Source of the DNA: Myxococcota bacterium
GTDB taxonomy: Bacteria > Myxococcota_A > UBA9042 > PHBI01 > JAWLBL01
Assembly (NCBI GenBank): GCA_041687695.1
Contig: JAWLBL010000033.1
Location: 28,014 to 92,013 of the forward strand
Direction: 5' to 3'
DNA length: 64,000 nucleotides
A program made the position numbers and the translations under genes. A model generated the notes under the pieces. The model was not told where the DNA came from and did not search any database. It was given only the letters and a program-made list of their open reading frames with translations. Position 1 is the first letter of the stretch. Each line of letters begins with the position of its first letter. Positions 9,649-19,461 of the stretch are shown piece by piece.

Positions 9649-10020
9649 TCACGGCTCGCTCGCCGAGCCCTTGTGTTGCTTGTCCGGGCTCCGCCACGGC
9701 CACCGCCCCTCCAGCTCGACCTCCAGCGCCATCGCCAGGAACGTCCGGACGAATACGATGATGGCCAGCACGACGGCCCTCTCCAGCGTCGGGACGGTGC
9801 TGATCGTGCGGATGATGTCGGCCGCGACCAGCAGCTCGAGCCCCAGCAGGATGCTGCGACCCAGGAACCGGCGGTAGCGGTGGTAGGCGTGCCCCGGCGG
9901 CTCGTGTCGCAGCTTGCCGATGGCGATGACGACGCCGAGGAGGGCCCCACCCAGGATGATGGCCACCCCGGCGACCTCGGCTCCGGTCGCGGCCGCCTCG
10001 ATGATCTCCAGGAGGCTCAT
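9649..10020 (-). CDS. DUF1622-family membrane protein
   Basis: LGRSILLGLELLVAADIIRT and LAIIVFVRTFL..ELEGRWPW signatures. Confidence 0.85.
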   Translation of the reverse strand: MSLLEIIEAAATGAEVAGVAIILGGALLGVVIAIGKLRHEPPGHAYHRYRRFLGRSILLGLELLVAADIIRTISTVPTLERAVVLAIIVFVRTFLAMALEVELEGRWPWRSPDKQHKGSASEP

Positions 10021-10251
10021 GGCGCCCATCCTAGCCGCGCCCGCCCGGCCCTCCGCGCTTCCGGGCTCCAGCTGCCCTCCGGCCCGTCTCGCCCGCCCGC
10101 CCGAGCCGACCGAGGGGGCTCACGCCGCGCGTCCCACCGCCCGACTTCGCGCGCCGTTCCAGGGGCTCGGGACCGGCTCGAGCCCGCGGGTGGGCGCGCC
10201 GGACCCGCCTGCGCTATGCTGGGGGCACTCCCCGTCTACCCGGAGCCCCCC

Positions 10252-10968
10252 ATGACCTCCCCCCTCCCGCGCTCGCTCCGCGCCCTCGGCGCCGCCGCCG
10301 CCCTGGGCCTCCTCGCGCCCGCCTGCGCCTCCACGGCCGCCCGCCCCGACGCCCCCGCCGCCGGCCACCGCACCCCCGACCAGGCCGGCGGCAACGCCGC
10401 GCCCGCCGCGCCCCGCGAGATCACGCGCCTCGAGTCGGCCAAGCCGCCGCCCGCCGCCCCGCGCCCGGCCGCAGAGGTCTTCGTCCACCGGGACTCCGGC
10501 TTCTCGTTCCCCTCCGAGGTCGCCGAGCTGCGCCGCGGGGACATCACCAACTTCGACGACCAGGGCCTCGACGTCGGCATCGGCTACGGCCGCCCCGGCC
10601 TGAACGTCACCTGCTTCGTCTTCCCGCGCCGGACCATGGCCGAACCCACCGTCGACGCCCACTTCGACGGCGCCCTCGCGGCCATCCGCACCAACAACCC
10701 CGACGCGGTCCTCGTCGATCGCCTGACCCACCCGGTCCAAAAGGGCGAGGCCACCGTCGCCGCCAGGCTGGCCCTCCTCGAGCTGCGCGAGGAGGACGAG
10801 CGCCTCGGCTCCATCCTCCTCGTCGTCCCCGCAGGCGACCACGTCATCAAGCTCCGCGCCACCTACCTCATGGCCGCCGGCGCCACCTCCTACGTCCTCT
10901 CGCGCCTCGACGCCCTCCTCGACGCCGTCTCCTGGGCCCCCACCGGCCGCGCCTCCGCCCACCTCTGA
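10252..10968 (+). CDS. Hypothetical lipoprotein
   Basis: GGAG upstream; lipobox LAPAC; globular domain HRDSGFSFP..DVGIGY..IKLRATY. Confidence 0.7.
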   Translation: MTSPLPRSLRALGAAAALGLLAPACASTAARPDAPAAGHRTPDQAGGNAAPAAPREITRLESAKPPPAAPRPAAEVFVHRDSGFSFPSEVAELRRGDITNFDDQGLDVGIGYGRPGLNVTCFVFPRRTMAEPTVDAHFDGALAAIRTNNPDAVLVDRLTHPVQKGEATVAARLALLELREEDERLGSILLVVPAGDHVIKLRATYLMAAGATSYVLSRLDALLDAVSWAPTGRASAHL

Positions 10969-11020
10969 CCCCGCCGCGCGCCCGACGCCGAAGCGTGGGC
11001 ACGCGACGGGCCGTCGAGCG

Positions 11021-14000
11021 TCACTGCGGCCCGGTGCCCGTGACCTGGCTGCTCTTGAAGCCGGTGTAATTGACCGCGCCGGAGTCGGCCTCGACGATGC
11101 GGCTGGGTACGTCGGGGAAGACGCCCCAGTAGTTCGCCGTGGCGTCGATGGTCGCGCCCTGCAGGACGGCGGTCATCTCGATGTTGCGCGGCGGATTCGA
11201 GGTGCCGAACGAATAGACCACCTTCTGCAGGGACAGGCTGGTCCCGTAGGAGCTGCTGTAGTCGGTCACTTCGCCTTGGGCGTTGGTCGCTGCATGGGAG
11301 CCGATGTCGTACCACTGGAGCGACGCGGACGAGCCGAGCGAGACGAGGGTGGTCCCCGACGAGGTCCGGATGCGGCCGGACTGGCTCGAGGTCCCCTCGG
11401 TGTAGCTCGCTTTGACGAACATCAGGACGCCGCCAGCGGGGGCGGTCCAGGTGGCGGTCGTGGCGATCTTGTAGTCCGAACCCGAGGTGCTCACCGACAG
11501 ATTCGGCGACTCGACGACCGCAGCCTCGGCGCTGGCGTTGCCATAGATGTTGTTGCCGTTGACCTTGGTCGAGGGGTTCGACGAGCCGATGGCGCGCGCG
11601 AAGACACCTTCGAGCTCGTTGTACAGGAGGTCGCTGGCCGTCACGGAGCCCGAAGCGCTGCCCTCGAGCGACACGCCGTAGCCGTTGTACTTGATGTGGC
11701 TACTCGACAGGTTCACGGCGGCGTTGGCGACACGCACGCCACCGGCCGAGTTGTACAGCGCGCTGCTGTTGGTGATCGCGGTAGGTGTGCCGGTCGGAGA
11801 GCTCGTCACCACGAGACCCCAGCCGGCGTTGTTCTGGGCGAGGGCGTGGTCGACCGTGTGCCCCTTGCTCGAGATCAGGTGCAGCCCGTGGCGGCCGTTG
11901 TTCACGGCGGTGACGTGAGTGGCCACGAGCGTCCCGGACCCCGACACGTACAGGCCGTCGACCGCGTGGTCGCGCGTCTCGACGTTGGTCGCGTTCAGCG
12001 TCCCGGAGCTGACCAGAAGGCCAGTCGCGCCCAGCTCGACGATGGCATGGGTCAGCGCGCTGGTCCCGGCGCCGGCGCCGAAGAGGCCCTCGAACCCGCC
12101 TCCGGCCGGGACGTCGCCGAGGACCGTGAAGGTCACCGGCAGGGTCGGCTGACCGTCCACGACCAGATCTCCAGCGGCACGGGTGATGCGGAAGTCGCCC
12201 ACGTCGTCTCCGTCCTGGTCGATCGGGACGAAAGTGACGGTCACGCCCTCGGCGATGGTCAGAGTGCCACCGGTCCCGACGGTGACGTCGCCGGTGACGA
12301 AGACGTCGGTGTCCCAGACCTCTTCGCCGGTGATGTTCAGCGCGCCGCGGGTCGCGCCGGGGTCGAAGGACGCGTCGAAGGCTTCGGCGACGAAGCCCTG
12401 GATGTCCAGGTGCGAGGCCGCGCTGTAGCTGATGTGGGTCAGGATGTTCGGCCATGTGCCGAGGAAGTTGTGCTGCGCGGTCACGGTGCCCGACTGCAGG
12501 ACGGCGGAGACCTGGGCCGTCGACGTCGGCAGATGATAGGCGATCTTGGTGATCGACAGGCTGGTGCCATACGACGAGCTGTAGTCCGTCACTTCGCCCT
12601 TCAGCGTGGTCGCCTTGCTCGAGGCGAGGTCGACCCAGCGCGTAGAAATCGAGCTTCCGATGCTCAGCAGGCTCGTCCCCGAGCTGGTCTTCAGCGCGCC
12701 CGACTGCGAGCTGGTCCCCTCGTTGTACGCGACCTCGGCGCCGACGATGACGGCGCCGGCGGGGGCCGTGAACGTGGCGGTCGAGGCGATCTTGTAGTCG
12801 CTGCCGCTGGTCGAGACCGACAGCGACACGGGCACGACGACGATGGCGCCTTCGGTCGCGTTGCCGAAGACGTTGTTCCACTCGACCTTGGGGGTCGGGC
12901 TGGTCGGCGTCCCGCCCGTGCCCTGGAACAGGGCGCGCACGCCTTCGTGAGCGTTGTACTTCACCTGCGAGTAGGTCAGGTCGCCGGTCGACGCGCCGCG
13001 GTAGGTGACGCCGGTCTCGCCGTTGCTGAGGATGTCGCACTGCGTCAGCGACAGCGAGGTGCCGACCAGCTCGGCGCCGTGGGAGCCGTTGCTGGACAGG
13101 TCACAGCCGGCGACCGTGCCCGACCCGCCGCTGACGTAGACGCCGCGGCCGCCGTTGTCCTTGGAGGTGACGTTGGTGGCCGAGAGGGTGGCGTTGGTGG
13201 CGCGCCAGCCGTCGTCGGCGGAGTCGTGGATGTGGACGTCGGCCAGGTACTTGGTCTTGGTGCCGGTGGTCTCGAGGCCGATGAAGTTGTGGCGCAGCTC
13301 GACGTGGCTCAGGTTCAGGTCGCCCGCCGAGGCGATGCCCTTGTGGGCGTACTCGACGATGGCGTGCTCGATGGTGGCGGTGGAGCCCGAGGTGAGGACG
13401 AGGCCGTTCCAGCTGCTGGGGTCCGCCGGGCCGCTGGTCGGCAGGGTCGTGAAGATGACCGGGGCGGCCTCGGTGCCCTCGACCAGCAGGCTGCCCTGGA
13501 TGGTCAGCTCGTAGTCGCCGACCTGGTCGGCGTTCTGGTCGACCTCGACGAAGACGATGGTGGTGCCCGAGGCGATGGTCAGCGTCTCGCCGGCCGGCAC
13601 GACCGTGTCGCCGGTGATGTTGACGGTGCCGTACCACAGGGTGGTCGTCACGGTGCCGGAGACGTCGATGACGCTCTGGAAGTTGATGTCGCGCGTGGCC
13701 TTGGTCACCTGCCCGACCGCGTCACGCACCTCGAGGCCGATGGTGTAGGTGCCGTCGGCGGCGTAGGTGTAGGTCGCCGTCTTGGTCTTCGACCAGCCGG
13801 TGTCCCAGGTGCCGTCGTTGGTCCAATCCCAGCGCACCTCGAGGTCGGCGGTCGCCGTCTCGGTGTCGGACGAGCCGCTGGCGTCGACCGTCGCCTGCAG
13901 GGTGCCCGTCACGATGGCGCTGAACGAGGCCACAGGCTTGTCGTTCTTGACGAAGAGCTGCCGCACCGGCGACAGGCCCTCGGTGCCCTGGCTGTCGGTC

Positions 14001-16735
14001 GCCTGCGCGACCAGCGCGATGGTGCTGCCGGTCGCGGCCGACTCGGGCACGGTGAAGGTGAACTCGTACGGCACCAGCGCGTCGGCCGGCCCGATGGCCA
14101 CGCCGTCCGCCAGGATCTCGACCTGGGCGATGCTGCGCCCGGGGGCCGCCGTCGCGTCGATGGTCATGGCGACGACCGAGCCCTGGGTCACCTGGAGGTC
14201 CTCGAGCGGCTTGACGAAGGTGACCGTCGGCGCGTTGGCGTCCCCGATGGTCACCACGCAGGTCGCGCTGCCCTTGGCGCCCTGATCGTCGGTCACCGTC
14301 AGCGTCACCGTCTTGGCGCCCACCGTCTGGTAGGCGTGCGAGACCTGCGACGCCGTCCCGCTGGTCGTCGTGCCGTCGCCGAAGTCGAAGGCCCACGCGA
14401 CCACCGCGCCGTCCGCGTCCGTCGACCCGACGCCGCTGAAGCTCAGCGACACCCCGGTCTTGCCGCCCGCCGGGCACGACAGCGCCGCCAACGGCGCCTG
14501 GTTGCCGTCGAACACGTTCGGCGCGCCCGGCGTCCACGCCTGCTGCGCCGTGAAGTCCTTGCTGTTGTCCCCCGTGTCCGTCCCGCTGGGGTCACGCCCG
14601 ATGCTCTTGCCCTCGGACGGCGCGGGCACGGCCGTCCCTTCGCCCGCGAACACGTCGCTCGCCCCGAAGCTGCCGTAGCCCACCGCGTCGACCACCTGCG
14701 CGCCCCAGCGCAGCTGCACGCTGTCGGGCCCGTTCTGGTAGTCGGCCTTGGCGCTGACCTGGTCGGCCACGATCGAGGCGTCAGGCCCGCCCAGCGACAC
14801 GACGTAGAACCCGCTGGCGTTCAGCGCCCCCATCAGCACGATGTCGTTGTAGTCCTGGCCGTTGGCGCCGTTGACGCCCACCAGCTTGAAGCCCGTCAGA
14901 TCCAGCCCGGGCTCGCCGAACAGCTCGATGAACGCGTTGTCGTCGGCGCCCGCGTCGTTGAACAGCAGCTCGTTGATGACCACCTGACCCGGCGGCGGCA
15001 GGTCGGCGCACGCCCCGCCCACGCACTGCTGGGCCACCCCGCACGGCGCGGCCGTGCCCCACTCGAGGCAGCCGTCGGCGTTGTAGTCACCGCAGGTCTC
15101 GACGCCCGTCCCGGCCGTGTTGCACCGCACATCGCCCACGACCGCGCACGCGTCCGTGCAGCTCGACGCGCACTGCCCGGCCGAGCACACGTCCGTCCCG
15201 TCGCACGCCACGCCGGTGTCCCACTCGAGGCACCCGTCGTCGTCCCAGTCGTCGCACGTCTGCACCGCCGTCCCGGCTGTGTTGCACTTCGTCTCGCCGA
15301 TGGCCCCGCACTCGTTCACGCACGACAGCATGCAGTTGCCGCCCGAGCACACCTGCGTGCCCTCGCACGCCTGCGCCGTGCCCCACTCGAGGCATCCGTC
15401 GCTGTCGTGGTCGCCGCACTCCTGCCACGCGCCCCCGCCCGCGCACTGCCGCCCGCCCTCGGTCGTGCACTCGTCCGAGCAGTCCAGCGCGCAGTTGCCG
15501 TTCGAGCACACCAGCCCGTCGCCGCAGGCCACCGGCGTGCCCCACTCGAGGCACGGATCCGCGTCCGAGTCGCCGCAGGTCCGCACCGCGTCGCCCTCGC
15601 ACTTCTTGGCGCCCACCGTCGTGCACTCGTCCGAGCACGACGCCGTGCAGTTGCCGTTCGAGCAGCTCAGCCCTTCGCCGCACCCGACCGGCGTCCCCCA
15701 GGCCAGGCACCCGCCCGGCCCGACCTCGCAGACCACCACCGCGTTGCCGTCGCAGGTCTTGGCGCCCTGGGCCGTGCACCCGTTCGTGCACGTCGTCTGG
15801 CAGAACCCGTTCGAGCAGACCAGCCCGTCCCCGCACGGCACGCCCGTGCCCCACTCGAGGCACCCGTCGCCGTTGGAGTCGCCGCAGGTCTGCACCGAGT
15901 TGCCCGAGCACTTGGTCGCCCCCAGCACGGAGCACTCGCTCTGGCAGCTGGTCGCGCAGAACCCGTTCGAGCACACCTCGCCCTGGTTGCAGCTGACCGC
16001 CGTGCCCCACTCGAGGCAGCCGTCCCCGTTGGTGTCGCCGCACTGCTTGACGGACTGCGTCCCCGCGCACTGCTTGGCGCCCATCACGTTGCACTCGTCG
16101 GTGCAGGTCGACCCGCAGGTCCCGTTCGCGCACACCTCGCCGTCGGGGCAGGGCGTCACGTCGCCCCAGTCCAGGCACCCGTCGAAGTCGTAGTCGGCGC
16201 ACACCTGCGTGCCGTTGCCCGAGCACTGGCGCGCGCCCTTGACCGTGCACTCGTTCGAGCAGCTCACCGCGCAGAAGCCGTTCGAGCACACGGTCCCGCC
16301 CTGGCAGGGCACCCCGGCGCCCCACTCGAGGCACCCGTCCTGGTTCGCGTCGCCGCAGGTCTCGACCGTGTCGCCCGCCCCGCAGCGCTTGGCGCCCGCC
16401 ACCGTGCACTCGGACGTGCAGGACACCGCGCAGAAGCCCCCGGTGCACGTCTGCGCGCCGCATTCCTGCGGGTCACCCCACTCGAGGCAGCCGTCATCGT
16501 CGTAGTCCGCGCACGTCTCGACCGCGTTGCCCTCGCACCGGGTCGCGCCCTGGTTCGTGCACGCGTTGGTGCACCCCGGCCCCTCGTCCGGCTGCTTGTC
16601 CACGTCGGGCGAGACCTCGCTCGGCGCGTCGCTGTGCGGCACGTCCGCCGTGGTGTTGCCGGGATTCGCGTCGTCGCCGCACGCGACGCAAAGCGCCAGC
16701 GCGGTAAAGCCTGCCAATGTGGAGCGGTTCATCAT
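11021..16735 (-). CDS. Giant (~1904 aa) surface lipoprotein: 10 Cys-rich repeats, lamin-tail-like domain, PKD/Ig domains, two parallel beta-helix modules
   Basis: Lipobox LCVAC after MMNRST; repeats C..CxDxxxDGCLEWG..C; VVINELLFN..FIELFG..TPGAPN (LTD-like); WAFDFGDG and WDWTNDG (PKD); NxxxG beta-helix rungs. The ORF-track start at 17476 overlaps another gene. Confidence 0.85.
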   Translation of the reverse strand: MMNRSTLAGFTALALCVACGDDANPGNTTADVPHSDAPSEVSPDVDKQPDEGPGCTNACTNQGATRCEGNAVETCADYDDDGCLEWGDPQECGAQTCTGGFCAVSCTSECTVAGAKRCGAGDTVETCGDANQDGCLEWGAGVPCQGGTVCSNGFCAVSCSNECTVKGARQCSGNGTQVCADYDFDGCLDWGDVTPCPDGEVCANGTCGSTCTDECNVMGAKQCAGTQSVKQCGDTNGDGCLEWGTAVSCNQGEVCSNGFCATSCQSECSVLGATKCSGNSVQTCGDSNGDGCLEWGTGVPCGDGLVCSNGFCQTTCTNGCTAQGAKTCDGNAVVVCEVGPGGCLAWGTPVGCGEGLSCSNGNCTASCSDECTTVGAKKCEGDAVRTCGDSDADPCLEWGTPVACGDGLVCSNGNCALDCSDECTTEGGRQCAGGGAWQECGDHDSDGCLEWGTAQACEGTQVCSGGNCMLSCVNECGAIGETKCNTAGTAVQTCDDWDDDGCLEWDTGVACDGTDVCSAGQCASSCTDACAVVGDVRCNTAGTGVETCGDYNADGCLEWGTAAPCGVAQQCVGGACADLPPPGQVVINELLFNDAGADDNAFIELFGEPGLDLTGFKLVGVNGANGQDYNDIVLMGALNASGFYVVSLGGPDASIVADQVSAKADYQNGPDSVQLRWGAQVVDAVGYGSFGASDVFAGEGTAVPAPSEGKSIGRDPSGTDTGDNSKDFTAQQAWTPGAPNVFDGNQAPLAALSCPAGGKTGVSLSFSGVGSTDADGAVVAWAFDFGDGTTTSGTASQVSHAYQTVGAKTVTLTVTDDQGAKGSATCVVTIGDANAPTVTFVKPLEDLQVTQGSVVAMTIDATAAPGRSIAQVEILADGVAIGPADALVPYEFTFTVPESAATGSTIALVAQATDSQGTEGLSPVRQLFVKNDKPVASFSAIVTGTLQATVDASGSSDTETATADLEVRWDWTNDGTWDTGWSKTKTATYTYAADGTYTIGLEVRDAVGQVTKATRDINFQSVIDVSGTVTTTLWYGTVNITGDTVVPAGETLTIASGTTIVFVEVDQNADQVGDYELTIQGSLLVEGTEAAPVIFTTLPTSGPADPSSWNGLVLTSGSTATIEHAIVEYAHKGIASAGDLNLSHVELRHNFIGLETTGTKTKYLADVHIHDSADDGWRATNATLSATNVTSKDNGGRGVYVSGGSGTVAGCDLSSNGSHGAELVGTSLSLTQCDILSNGETGVTYRGASTGDLTYSQVKYNAHEGVRALFQGTGGTPTSPTPKVEWNNVFGNATEGAIVVVPVSLSVSTSGSDYKIASTATFTAPAGAVIVGAEVAYNEGTSSQSGALKTSSGTSLLSIGSSISTRWVDLASSKATTLKGEVTDYSSSYGTSLSITKIAYHLPTSTAQVSAVLQSGTVTAQHNFLGTWPNILTHISYSAASHLDIQGFVAEAFDASFDPGATRGALNITGEEVWDTDVFVTGDVTVGTGGTLTIAEGVTVTFVPIDQDGDDVGDFRITRAAGDLVVDGQPTLPVTFTVLGDVPAGGGFEGLFGAGAGTSALTHAIVELGATGLLVSSGTLNATNVETRDHAVDGLYVSGSGTLVATHVTAVNNGRHGLHLISSKGHTVDHALAQNNAGWGLVVTSSPTGTPTAITNSSALYNSAGGVRVANAAVNLSSSHIKYNGYGVSLEGSASGSVTASDLLYNELEGVFARAIGSSNPSTKVNGNNIYGNASAEAAVVESPNLSVSTSGSDYKIATTATWTAPAGGVLMFVKASYTEGTSSQSGRIRTSSGTTLVSLGSSASLQWYDIGSHAATNAQGEVTDYSSSYGTSLSLQKVVYSFGTSNPPRNIEMTAVLQGATIDATANYWGVFPDVPSRIVEADSGAVNYTGFKSSQVTGTGPQ
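15007..16575 (-). repeat. Ten tandem ~52-aa, 8-Cys coding repeats
   Basis: Recurrent CCACTCGAGGCA (CLEW) about every 156-162 bp; ten units counted in the translation. Confidence 0.85.
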
Positions 16736-16906
16736 GGACGATCTCGTGTTGCGATGCGGTGGTCGCGGGCTCCCCGGCCCCGAGAGGGACTGGGGACGCG
16801 ACTCCCTACCCAGCGGGTGGCGCCGAGTCAACAGGGCTCGACGCCGCTCTAGACACTCCTGCTGGAGCGGTTCCCAGGGGGCCCGCGGCGGGCTATCGTG
16901 CACGCC

Positions 16907-17509
16907 ATGAACAGCGCGCCACGCAACCTCGAGTTCTGCTTCGACCTGTCCTCGCCCTACAGCTACCTCGCCGCGACCCAGGTCGAGGCGATCGCCGCAC
17001 GTCACGGCGCGATCGTCGCCTACAAGCCGGTGGTCCTGGGCGCCGTGTTCAAGGCGGCCGGCAACCGGATGCCCGCGCAGGTGCCGGCCAAGGCGCGCCA
17101 CATGGCGCTGGATCTGCAGCGCTGGGCGGCCTGGTACGACGTGCCCTTCCGGTTCAGCAGCCGCTTCCCGGTCAACGCCATCCAGGCCATGCGCCTGGTC
17201 CTGGTCGGCGAGCGCCACGGCCGCGCCGGCGAGGTCGCGATGGCCGCCTTCCGCGCGCTGTGGGTCGACGATCGCGACATCACCGATCCGGCCGAGCTGC
17301 GCGCCATCGCCCAAACCGCGGGCCTCGACCCCGACCAGGCGCTGGCTGCGTTGGGCGATCCCGAGATCAAGGACCGCCTGCGCGCCCTGACCGACGAGGC
17401 CGTCGAGCGCGGGGTGTTCGGCGCGCCCGCGATCTTCGTGGGCGGCGAGCTCTTCTGGGGCAACGACCGGATGCACTTCGTCGAGGCGGCGCTGGCCCGG
17501 CCCGCCTGA
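16907..17509 (+). CDS. 2-hydroxychromene-2-carboxylate isomerase / DsbA-like (kappa GST) protein
   Basis: FDLSSPYSYLA and RGVFGAPAIFVGGELFWGNDRM motifs. Confidence 0.9.
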   Translation: MNSAPRNLEFCFDLSSPYSYLAATQVEAIAARHGAIVAYKPVVLGAVFKAAGNRMPAQVPAKARHMALDLQRWAAWYDVPFRFSSRFPVNAIQAMRLVLVGERHGRAGEVAMAAFRALWVDDRDITDPAELRAIAQTAGLDPDQALAALGDPEIKDRLRALTDEAVERGVFGAPAIFVGGELFWGNDRMHFVEAALARPA

Positions 17510-17515
17510 CGCTCA

Positions 17516-17673
17516 GGGCCCGCCAAGAAATAAAGTGCTCGCCTCCGCGGCGGATCCGCCGCACTGGACACGTCGCCGAAAGCTCGGAGTATCCAGATAC
17601 ACCTTCACTTTCGGCGACGCGCCCAGCACGACGCCTCCTTGCCGATCCGATCCCTTTATTCCTTGGCGGGCCC
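17516..17673. mobile_element. 158-bp MITE-like element
   Basis: 20-bp terminal inverted repeats (GGGCCCGCCAAGAAATAAAG / CTTTATTCCTTGGCGGGCCC, 1 mismatch) flanked by TCA direct repeats at 17513-17515 and 17674-17676; internal perfect 12-bp inverted repeat. Confidence 0.7.
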
Positions 17674-18264
17674 TCAGCCGCGAGCGGCCTCGACCAGCGC
17701 CAACGCGCCGAAGACGGCGAACACCACCGCGCCCAGCCGGTGCAGCAGGGCGGTCGGCAGCTGCCGCGCCAGCGCCGCGCCGGCCGTGACGGCGACCACG
17801 CTGACCAGCGCCAATCCCAGTGTGCCCCCGGCGAAGACCCACGCCGGCTCGTCGAAGCGCGCGGCCAGCCCGGCGATCGCGATCTGCGTCTTGTCCCCCA
17901 TCTCGGCGACCAGCAACGCCGTGAAGGTCACCACGAACGGATGCCGCGCCGACGATCGGCGCTCGGCCTCCGCCTCGTCGTCCTCGTCGCCCGCCGACCG
18001 CCAGGCGAGGACCGCCAGCGTCAGGAACAGCAGCCCGCTCGCCCCCAGCAGCGCGCGGACGGGCAGGGCGTCGGCCAGCGCGGCGCCCAGGGCGACCGCC
18101 GCCAGGTTCAGCACCGCGAAGGCCGCCACGGCGCCGGCCAGGACCGGGACGCGCCCGTGCGTCGTCGCCAGCGCCAGCAGCACCATGAACGACTTGTCGC
18201 CCAGCTCGGCCAGCGTGGTCAGGCTCAGGGCCGACAGGAACGGTCCCGTCTCGAGGTCACCCAC
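17674..18264 (-). CDS. TMEM165/GDT1 (UPF0016) cation transporter
   Basis: Two E-x-G-D-K-[ST] motifs (AELGDKS, AEMGDKTQ), six hydrophobic helices; GTG start overlapping the upstream stop. Confidence 0.85.
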   Translation of the reverse strand: MGDLETGPFLSALSLTTLAELGDKSFMVLLALATTHGRVPVLAGAVAAFAVLNLAAVALGAALADALPVRALLGASGLLFLTLAVLAWRSAGDEDDEAEAERRSSARHPFVVTFTALLVAEMGDKTQIAIAGLAARFDEPAWVFAGGTLGLALVSVVAVTAGAALARQLPTALLHRLGAVVFAVFGALALVEAARG

Positions 18265-18967
18265 TCCCGTCCCCGCCTTCGGCGAGGTCGGCGCGGGCTT
18301 CGGCCTCGAAGTCGCCGGCGATGCGGCCGCCCTCCAGGCGCTCCCAGGTCCAGCCGTAGACCTCGCGATAGGTCTGCCGGATGTGCTCCCACGGCACGTC
18401 GCGCGCGACGCCGCGGTCCAGGACGTACTCCATGTGGCGCCGGCCGGCCGCGTCGAAGGGGTGGTAGATGGCGTCGGCGCGGCCGTCCCAGACGAGGGGC
18501 CGCAGGCCGGCGCGCTCACACAGGCTGGTGTTGAAGGCGGGCGTCGCCTTGACCCAGCGCTCGCCCAGCCACAGCTCGGCGTAGCCGTGGTAGACGAAGA
18601 CGTCGGTCCCCATCAGCGCCCACAGCTTGGGGCTGGTCAGGTGGTTGCGCACGTCCGCGAAGCCCAGGCGAGCCGGCAGGCCGAGGGCGCGGGCGCCGGC
18701 GGCCAGCAGGGCGGCCTTGTTGACGCAGAAGCCGCGGCCCTGCAGCAGCGCGGTCGAGGCCCTGAAGCCGGCGCGTCCGAAGTCGACCCGGTAGGGGTCG
18801 TAGCGGATCTCGTCGCGGCAGGCGTCGAACAGCCGCACGGCGCGCGTGACGGCGTCGCCCTGCCCGGCGCGGTCTCGGGCCCAGGCGACGACGGCCGGGT
18901 GGTCGCTGTCGACGAAGAAGGTCGGGGCCAGGCACTCGTCGGGCGTGGGGGCGACGGGGCCGCTCAT
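18257..18967 (-). CDS. Transglutaminase-like family protein
   Basis: IRYDPY, GFCVNKA (catalytic Cys), ADVRNHL, HGYAE, WVKATPAF. Confidence 0.85.
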   Translation of the reverse strand: MSGPVAPTPDECLAPTFFVDSDHPAVVAWARDRAGQGDAVTRAVRLFDACRDEIRYDPYRVDFGRAGFRASTALLQGRGFCVNKAALLAAGARALGLPARLGFADVRNHLTSPKLWALMGTDVFVYHGYAELWLGERWVKATPAFNTSLCERAGLRPLVWDGRADAIYHPFDAAGRRHMEYVLDRGVARDVPWEHIRQTYREVYGWTWERLEGGRIAGDFEAEARADLAEGGDGSG

Positions 18968-19461
18968 GGCGCGTCCATGAAGGTCCGGGTGACCGCGAGC
19001 AAGGCCTGGGACAGCTCCGCCACGGTCGCTGTCGGCAGGCGCGCCTCGAGCCAGGGGTAGAGCTGCTCGTCCTCGCGTCCGCCGTGGTGCTCGAGGACGC
19101 CTCGCAGGCGGACCAGCGGCTCGAGCTGCTGGGCGAGGAAGCGGCGGCGTCCCTCGGGCGCCATCAGCGCCAGCTCGGCCATGACGCCGCTGACGTCCCG
19201 CAGGCGTCGGCGCACCAGCTCGTGGTCGCGCGTGTACAGATCGGCCGGGGACCGGGGCGGCCGCTCCTCCAGCGCCTCCCAGCGCGGGAACACCAGGCGC
19301 TCCTCGACCTCCATGTGCGCGGCCAGGCCCTCGTTGAGGCGCCGCCAGCGCGTCCGCGCCGCGTCCAGATCCAGCGCCAGCAGCGCCTCGTAGGTGTCGA
19401 CCAGCGCCGCGTCGATGGCCTCGTGGAACGCCGTGTTCACCAGCGTCAGAGAGATCTTCAT
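18964..19461 (-). CDS. Hemerythrin-like (HHE) cation-binding protein
   Basis: H..HMEVEERLVFP..DH..HHGGREDEQLYP; ATGA overlaps at both ends. Confidence 0.75.
   Translation of the reverse strand: MKISLTLVNTAFHEAIDAALVDTYEALLALDLDAARTRWRRLNEGLAAHMEVEERLVFPRWEALEERPPRSPADLYTRDHELVRRRLRDVSGVMAELALMAPEGRRRFLAQQLEPLVRLRGVLEHHGGREDEQLYPWLEARLPTATVAELSQALLAVTRTFMDAP

Noticed and set aside
11276..16852. Very long alternative-frame ORFs (e.g. 11276..16852 +, 37672..41634 +, 4965..7718 +, 31214..33967 -)
   Set aside because: Arg/Pro/Ala-rich shadow frames of well-supported genes, expected at this GC content; no motifs.
16736..17476. N-terminal extension of the 2151-aa ORF
   Set aside because: Antisense to the isomerase gene; the lipoprotein signal begins at 16735.
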